A stretch of DNA of 22,075 bases. Origin: Promethearchaeota archaeon (GTDB lineage Archaea > Asgardarchaeota > Lokiarchaeia > Sigyniarchaeales > SOKP01). Positions 16,710-22,075 of the stretch are shown here, piece after piece (positions within the stretch are counted from its first letter, which is position 1; every line of letters starts with the position of its first letter). The notes beneath the pieces were generated by a model, which searched no databases, had not been told where the DNA came from, and worked only from the letters and a program-made list of their open reading frames with translations. The position numbers were made by a program, and so were the translations under genes. The stretch covers positions 1 through 22,075 of the forward strand of contig JBHLME010000074.1 of assembly GCA_048938445.1 (NCBI GenBank), written 5' to 3'.

Positions 16710-17705
16710 ATGAATTATTCTGATTTAATTGCAAAATTATATGATGGAAATACTCGAGCCGCTGCACGTTTGATTACTATCGTTGAAAATGATATTGCCG
16801 CTTCTGAAGTGATTATTAATTCCATTTATAAAGATACTGGAAATGCATATATCTTAGGAGTTACTGGTGCACCCGGAAGTGGAAAAAGCACTTTTATCTC
16901 AACTATCACAAAGAAATATTTAGATCAAGGTAAAAAGATTGGAATAGTATGTGTTGATCCAACTTCTCCTCTTACGGGGGGTGCTTTGTTAGGAGATAGA
17001 ATTCGAATGAAGGAAAATTTCTCACTTGATAACGTATTCATCAGGAGCATGGCAAATCGCGGACAACTTGGAGGATTAGCAAGAGCGACTGAAGATACAA
17101 TTAAAATCTTAGATGCATATGGATGTGATATTATAATAGTAGAAACGGTAGGAGTAGGACAATCGGAAGTAGATATTTTTAAATCAGCTCACACGGTAAT
17201 AGTTTTATTGGTACCAGGTATGGGAGATGATATCCAAGCAATAAAAGCAGGTATCATGGAAATTACTGACATCTTTGCTGTAAATAAAATGGATTTACCT
17301 GGTGCAGACAGAAAAGTTTCAGATATCATTCAAATGCTAGAATTAAACATGAATTATAATTACACTTCGAATAATATCAACAAGGATATCGCAAAATTAA
17401 AACAATGGCTACCAGAAATCATAAAAATTAACTCAAAAACTGGTGAAAATTTTGATGATTTATTAGAAATCATTGATAAGCATAAAAAATTTGTAGATAA
17501 ATCAGAAATCAATACAAGTTACATGGTAAATAGGATTAAAAGTGAAACTATTCAAATCCTTCGACATAAATTAACAAAAAAAATTGAAGATTTATTAAAT
17601 TCTAATAAAATTATTGAAGAAAATATCTCTCAAGTCCTTGATAAAACACTTGATCCATATTCAATGGCAAATTTAATAATAAAATTAATTGGTTTAAAAA
17701 AATAA
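16710..17705 (+). CDS. meaB: Mutase-associated GTPase MeaB/ArgK
   Basis: GAPGSGKS P-loop, VDPTSP, GGALLGDRIRM, ETVGVGQSE and NKMD motifs. Confidence 0.95.
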   Translation: MNYSDLIAKLYDGNTRAAARLITIVENDIAASEVIINSIYKDTGNAYILGVTGAPGSGKSTFISTITKKYLDQGKKIGIVCVDPTSPLTGGALLGDRIRMKENFSLDNVFIRSMANRGQLGGLARATEDTIKILDAYGCDIIIVETVGVGQSEVDIFKSAHTVIVLLVPGMGDDIQAIKAGIMEITDIFAVNKMDLPGADRKVSDIIQMLELNMNYNYTSNNINKDIAKLKQWLPEIIKINSKTGENFDDLLEIIDKHKKFVDKSEINTSYMVNRIKSETIQILRHKLTKKIEDLLNSNKIIEENISQVLDKTLDPYSMANLIIKLIGLKK

Positions 17706-17732
17706 TTACTTTTCTAAGTTTATTAGTTAAAA

Positions 17733-18509
17733 ATGTCCATAATTATTGTAGGTGGGGGAAAATTTGGACTAAAAGCTATAGAATACGTTAAAAAGAATAA
17801 ATTATCTGCAATATTAATTGATAAAGATCCCCATTGTCAAGCAATTCAATTAATAGAAAAAAAGTATGATAATTTTAAAGATTTTAAAGAAGAAATCAAA
17901 CACTTAACTAATGATACAGTATATTATATTAAAGATGAATTTACAATTATCAATGATTTATTGCTATCCATTGATGTAAATTATATAATTCCCGTCATAC
18001 CGATCCATTTAATGGCTTCAATAATTTCTTATTTTTTACTAGAAAAATCCTTGGATCTTATTGTTGACAAGGAAAATACATTAGATTTTATTAATAATGG
18101 TAATCCCGACCTTATTCTAAGTTTTAAAATTGATCAAGGAATAGTTTTCCTATCTCATGCTAAAAATAATGAATCCTGTCCTGATAATTGCATGGGTCCT
18201 CCTAATTATTGTCCTCATTTTAAAAGAGAAAAATCCATAACAATTACCCAATATTTGAGAGATTATTTCGAAATTGATAATTATATTGATATTAATGAAG
18301 AAAATCCAATGAAAATAAAAATTATTTTTGAAAGTTATCAATTGAAACCAGGTTTGGGGGGATTAAAAGGAATAGAAGTTAAAAATATTTTTAAGATCTT
18401 AAATCAAAAGTTAGCTTTAATTATGGAAAGGAAATCAGAAATAACAATTGCTACCACTTGTAATTGCCATGGTGTCATTAATTTCTTAAAAAAAAATAAA
18501 ATGGAATAA
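17733..18509 (+). CDS. Uncharacterised NAD(P)/FAD-binding Rossmann-fold protein with Cys clusters
   Basis: N-terminal IIVGGGKFG...LIDKD dinucleotide-binding motif, plus CPDNC-x6-C and TTCNCHGV. Confidence 0.75.
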   Translation: MSIIIVGGGKFGLKAIEYVKKNKLSAILIDKDPHCQAIQLIEKKYDNFKDFKEEIKHLTNDTVYYIKDEFTIINDLLLSIDVNYIIPVIPIHLMASIISYFLLEKSLDLIVDKENTLDFINNGNPDLILSFKIDQGIVFLSHAKNNESCPDNCMGPPNYCPHFKREKSITITQYLRDYFEIDNYIDINEENPMKIKIIFESYQLKPGLGGLKGIEVKNIFKILNQKLALIMERKSEITIATTCNCHGVINFLKKNKME

Positions 18510-18564
18510 TTTTTTTATATTTTCCTTATTTAATTTAATTATATTTATTGAATTTTAAATTGCA

Positions 18565-19707
18565 TTAATGCTTTTTACTTTTTCTAATTTTTTTTGATTT
18601 TCTAAGCATGCCAATTAAACTTTTAGGGGGGAGTACATTTCGAACCTTTTGCAAGATAATTGCATCATTAGGGCAGTTTGATGCACAAATTCCACAACCA
18701 ATACACTTTTCTAGTGAAATATTGATTCTACCATTATCTGAATCTCCCTTAATGGTAATTGTACTCATTGGACATATTTCAATACACGTTTCACATAATT
18801 TACATGCTTCATGATTAATTAAAGGTTCAAAATTTGGTTCTGCAATTGCTTTTTTATTATTCAATTCTTTAACAGATTTTAAAAAACCACAACAACATGA
18901 ACAACAATTACAAATAAAAACGGAAGAATTCTTTATATTTATAGTTTCATGAACCAACCCTTCTTTCTCAGCTTTATTCATTATTTCCATTAATTCATCT
19001 AAACTCACTTTCTTTCCAACCTTGGTGTTAATTACATTTTTCGCTAAAAAACCTGCTGATACACAAAAATTCTCATCAGTTTGTTTACATGGATGACCTG
19101 CTAATTTTGCAGCATTCCTACAACTGCATGGTTGAATCGCAAAAGTTTTAAATTTAGATAAATATTTTCTAAGAATTTCATGAGGTAAAATTTCATACTC
19201 AAGCTGAATAGTTTTATTTATTTCAATGCTTTTTTCTATAGGCTTTACTGCAGGGATTACTCGATACAATGGATATCCCCTCTGGGTATGTTCTACGTGG
19301 AATCCAGAACTTAATAACTCATAATGAGCTTCACCTGCTTTCTTTATTTTTTCTGAATCATCCCTATTAGTAGTAAAATAAAACTCAAATAAGCCAGGTA
19401 GATAAGGTAATACAACAATAAAAGGTCCAATTTTAATAATTTTTCCTTTATAATTCATATCTTTTATAATTGCTTTTATCTCAGATTTTGAATGATTCGT
19501 GCGTTTCCTAATTCTTCTTTGGGTGACCGGCCTTACTGCTTTCTTTATACCTTTTACTATTATAAATGCTTCATCCTCTGTAAACATATTATGTAACAAT
19601 TTATTAACGGTCTCACTTTTCTCTAATGGTACACCTATAGAGGGACTCAATAAATTTCTTAATTGATCATAATTTTCTTGAGATTCGGACATTGTAATCA
19701 TCTTCAT
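18565..19707 (-). CDS. 4Fe-4S dicluster domain protein with an additional Cys-rich Fe-S module
   Basis: CKLCETCIEICP and CIGCGICASNCP ferredoxin motifs, plus CSCR...C...C...GLVH...ICNCCSCCC. Confidence 0.9.
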   Translation of the reverse strand: MKMITMSESQENYDQLRNLLSPSIGVPLEKSETVNKLLHNMFTEDEAFIIVKGIKKAVRPVTQRRIRKRTNHSKSEIKAIIKDMNYKGKIIKIGPFIVVLPYLPGLFEFYFTTNRDDSEKIKKAGEAHYELLSSGFHVEHTQRGYPLYRVIPAVKPIEKSIEINKTIQLEYEILPHEILRKYLSKFKTFAIQPCSCRNAAKLAGHPCKQTDENFCVSAGFLAKNVINTKVGKKVSLDELMEIMNKAEKEGLVHETINIKNSSVFICNCCSCCCGFLKSVKELNNKKAIAEPNFEPLINHEACKLCETCIEICPMSTITIKGDSDNGRINISLEKCIGCGICASNCPNDAIILQKVRNVLPPKSLIGMLRKSKKIRKSKKH

Positions 19708-19879
19708 TTTAAGCTATCATTAATACAATTTTCATAAAAAAACCTTTCTATAGAATTTAGATTAAGTAGGCTATATTGATTAAATTTTAATCATAGTAAT
19801 GATTTTAGATATGATATTGGAATTCGTAAAAACACTTAAAAAAATTTAAAAAAACTGAATTCATAATTATTAAAAGAAA

Positions 19880-20686
19880 ATGGTATCTATAATTAGGAAA
19901 TCCAAGTATAATGAGTCTAGAAATATATCTTATCGCAGTGGTTTTCATAAGAAAATTATGGAATCTACGATTGATATAACACATGATAAAATTAAGACTG
20001 GATTTAAAAGTGTAGTATACAGGAGTGGTTTAATTTATAATTTCGTTAACCAGAGGGCTTACGATTTTTGGAGGAAATTTAAAACGATTGCTGCAATAGC
20101 TTGTTCAAACGGAAATAAAACCATTTTAGACCTTCCATGTGGAACGGCATATCTCACGAGATACTTAAAAAGTGACGTTACCTATATAGGTTGGGATTTA
20201 AATAAAAATTTTCTTGCTAAAATCAAACATGATTGGAAAAAAGGGAGAATAAGACTGAAAAAGGTTATTCTTCAGCAAAAGAATATTTTTGACTTCCATG
20301 ATTATCCTAAAAATGTAGATGTCATTGTTTTTTGTGATATACTACATCACATTTATCCTCAACATGTTAAATTGGTAGAGAATGCTAAAGATTATGCAAA
20401 GAAAATTATAATATGTGAACCTGTAGCTGTTAAACCTAAAAATATGAATGTAAAAGATTGGACCGCAAGAATGACTATTAATGTTGTAAAGCGTTTACCT
20501 GAAGCAATTTTTAGATATATAGATTTTCTTTTTGCTGATAATGATGGAATAAATACTTACCTTGATCGTTCAAATTGGATTTATGATAGAAATTCTCTCC
20601 GTGAATTTTACATCACCATAGGTATTAAGAGAAATAAAATATATGATATTGGTGATGAAATGATTGGAGTATGGGAGAATTCATGA
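19880..20686 (+). CDS. Class I SAM-dependent methyltransferase
   Basis: ILDLPCGTAY motif I, YIGWDLN, DVIVFCDILHHI and IIICEP. The start may be at 19958. Confidence 0.85.
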   Translation: MVSIIRKSKYNESRNISYRSGFHKKIMESTIDITHDKIKTGFKSVVYRSGLIYNFVNQRAYDFWRKFKTIAAIACSNGNKTILDLPCGTAYLTRYLKSDVTYIGWDLNKNFLAKIKHDWKKGRIRLKKVILQQKNIFDFHDYPKNVDVIVFCDILHHIYPQHVKLVENAKDYAKKIIICEPVAVKPKNMNVKDWTARMTINVVKRLPEAIFRYIDFLFADNDGINTYLDRSNWIYDRNSLREFYITIGIKRNKIYDIGDEMIGVWENS

Positions 20687-20754
20687 GATTTTAATTCAAC
20701 GAGATAAGTTTTTTTAAATACAACCAAAAATAACGATTTCCATATTTCGTAGAA

Positions 20755-21204
20755 TTAATTTTCTTCTTCAAATAAATTAATTCTTAAATCGTACTGTTTT
20801 GGGCTATTTTCACAATTTAGTTCACAACAAGCAGGTAAATAAGAATATACCTCAAACCTCCCAACAGGCACGACCAAGTACATGAGAGAATGAATTAATT
20901 GACAAGAACTATTGATTTCTTCAAGGGGACCATCACATAATAAATCCTTGTGTTTATCTTTATCAACGAAGAGACAAATTCCATCATTAGGCTTAAAACC
21001 AAATAAATACTGAAACTGGGGTATGACCGGATAATTTTCTGTTTCTACCTTTCTTTCATATTCAATCTGAATTTTGTTAAACGAGAGGGTGAATTTTAAA
21101 GCCTTATAAGAGTCATTTTTTCTATCTTGGTCTGATATCTCGTGTATGATAAAATCTCGGGAAACAGCTTGATCGATTAAATCTACTAAATCATTCTTCA
21201 ACAT
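20755..21204 (-). CDS. Hypothetical protein
   Basis: 149-aa ORF (TTG start), co-oriented and closely spaced with the upstream minus-strand genes. No motif recognised. Confidence 0.65.
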   Translation of the reverse strand: MLKNDLVDLIDQAVSRDFIIHEISDQDRKNDSYKALKFTLSFNKIQIEYERKVETENYPVIPQFQYLFGFKPNDGICLFVDKDKHKDLLCDGPLEEINSSCQLIHSLMYLVVPVGRFEVYSYLPACCELNCENSPKQYDLRINLFEEEN

Positions 21205-21235
21205 TTTATAAATAAATAGATCATTATTATGTTAT

Positions 21236-21508
21236 TTATGTTTTTGGATTAATTATTTTGCCTTTTTTTGGATCCATCCATTCTGAAAATATTTCCTCAA
21301 TTGTTAAAGAGTTCTTTTTGTTACATTTAATACATTCTTCTTCTGATAATTTTTTAAACGTAAAATCACCTTGCTTAAAAGAACGCTCATATTTTGCTGA
21401 ACATTTTCTACATTTTACAACAGATGTAATTTTTTGAATTACATGATCTTTTAACTTTAATATGTTTCCGATATCGGGTATTGGAGGGAATTGAGGTTCT
21501 TCTGACAT
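21236..21508 (-). CDS. Small archaeal zinc-ribbon protein
   Basis: 90 aa with KCRKC...R.FKQGDFTFK...ECIKC (two CxxC). Confidence 0.8.
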   Translation of the reverse strand: MSEEPQFPPIPDIGNILKLKDHVIQKITSVVKCRKCSAKYERSFKQGDFTFKKLSEEECIKCNKKNSLTIEEIFSEWMDPKKGKIINPKT

Positions 21509-21581
21509 TATTCTTTAAAAAAATGAGAATTTATTATATCAACATTAAATATGAAAAAGAATAGAAATAAAAAGTTTGTTC

Positions 21582-22075
21582 TTAATTTTCATGATTGAGT
21601 GAATCAGCATTATTACCATCTAAATTGTTCGTTTCTTCGACTTGTTTAGAACCTTCTGTTTCTTCCTTTTTAGTCTCTGGTTCCACTGGTTTTGGTTTTC
21701 GTGAGGTAACGACTTTAGCATATCTTAAAACGTCCTTCCCTATCATCCATCCATCTTGAATTATATCAATTATAGTGTTATTAGGCAAGTCATCTCTTTC
21801 TATAGAGCTTAAAGCCTCATGATAATGATAATCAAATGGATCATTGATATTTACCTTCATGACAGCTGCACCATCATGAGCTTTAATAATACTTAAGAAT
21901 TGATTGTAAAACTGTTTGATATTTTCGTTATCAGGATTATTTTCGATAGCTTTCTTATAAGAATCATAAAGAGGTAAAAATTTCTTTAAAACTGATGCCG
22001 TATATTCAAGACGTAAGTCATTTTTATTTTTATTCCACCTTTTTTGAGCATTTTCAAATTCCGCTTGGAGAAGCA
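21582..22075 (-). CDS. grpE: Nucleotide exchange factor GrpE (5' end outside the window)
   Basis: The frame is open from 22073: LLQAEFENAQKRW...KFLPLYDSY...DPFDYHYHEAL...IIQDGWMIGKDVLRYAKVV, all GrpE motifs. The 92-aa ORF in the track is only its C-terminal part. Confidence 0.93.
   Translation of the reverse strand, partial: LLQAEFENAQKRWNKNKNDLRLEYTASVLKKFLPLYDSYKKAIENNPDNENIKQFYNQFLSIIKAHDGAAVMKVNINDPFDYHYHEALSSIERDDLPNNTIIDIIQDGWMIGKDVLRYAKVVTSRKPKPVEPETKKEETEGSKQVEETNNLDGNNADSLNHEN

Noticed and set aside
649-18814. Remaining short antisense or overlapping ORFs (649, 1373, 2135, 6886, 7534, 10115, 10441, 10794, 13202, 13859, 14596, 14973, 15969, 18150, 18608)
   Set aside because: Each overlaps a longer, better-supported gene and shows no recognisable motif.
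19745-19805. Short palindromes TTCTATAGAA and AATCAT-N4-ATGATT in the divergent intergenic region
   Set aside because: Short and AT-rich, with no second copy or linked regulator, so indistinguishable from chance.

Overview
AT-rich archaeal chromosomal segment, most likely from an Asgard archaeon (Lokiarchaeia/Promethearchaeota-like). The placement is inferred from an archaeal-type uL16/L10e and several protein families typical of that group, and was not checked by a search. It carries about 18 genes: a NifU-type Fe-S carrier, a membrane protein, an ADP-forming acyl-CoA synthetase alpha-like protein lacking its phospho-His loop, a 1879-aa surface receptor-like protein followed 2 nt later by a multi-winged-helix regulator, rpl10e, an MSMEG_0568-like radical SAM enzyme, an HTH/V4R-like regulator, a two-TM membrane protein, a B12 acyl-CoA mutase operon (large subunit, B12-binding subunit, MeaB, Rossmann/Cys protein), a 4Fe-4S protein, a methyltransferase, two small proteins and the 3' part of grpE. 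Four things stand out. (1) The giant protein has five Ig-like domains, each with a divergent ConA/LamG-like domain inserted, with near-identical constant DNA between variable cassettes. These are followed by a GPS-like motif, one TM helix, a cytoplasmic p44/Ssl1-like RING-type Zn finger and a helical tail. With the adjacent regulator it looks like an undescribed transmembrane signalling module. (2) The mutase has the Phe/Gln signature of isobutyryl-CoA mutase, not methylmalonyl-CoA mutase. (3) A ~200-nt multi-stem, possibly switchable leader lies upstream of that operon. (4) An unannotated 3' remnant of a BtuR/CobO adenosyltransferase lies at 12006-12110. No CRISPR array, tRNA/rRNA, transposase or reverse transcriptase was seen.
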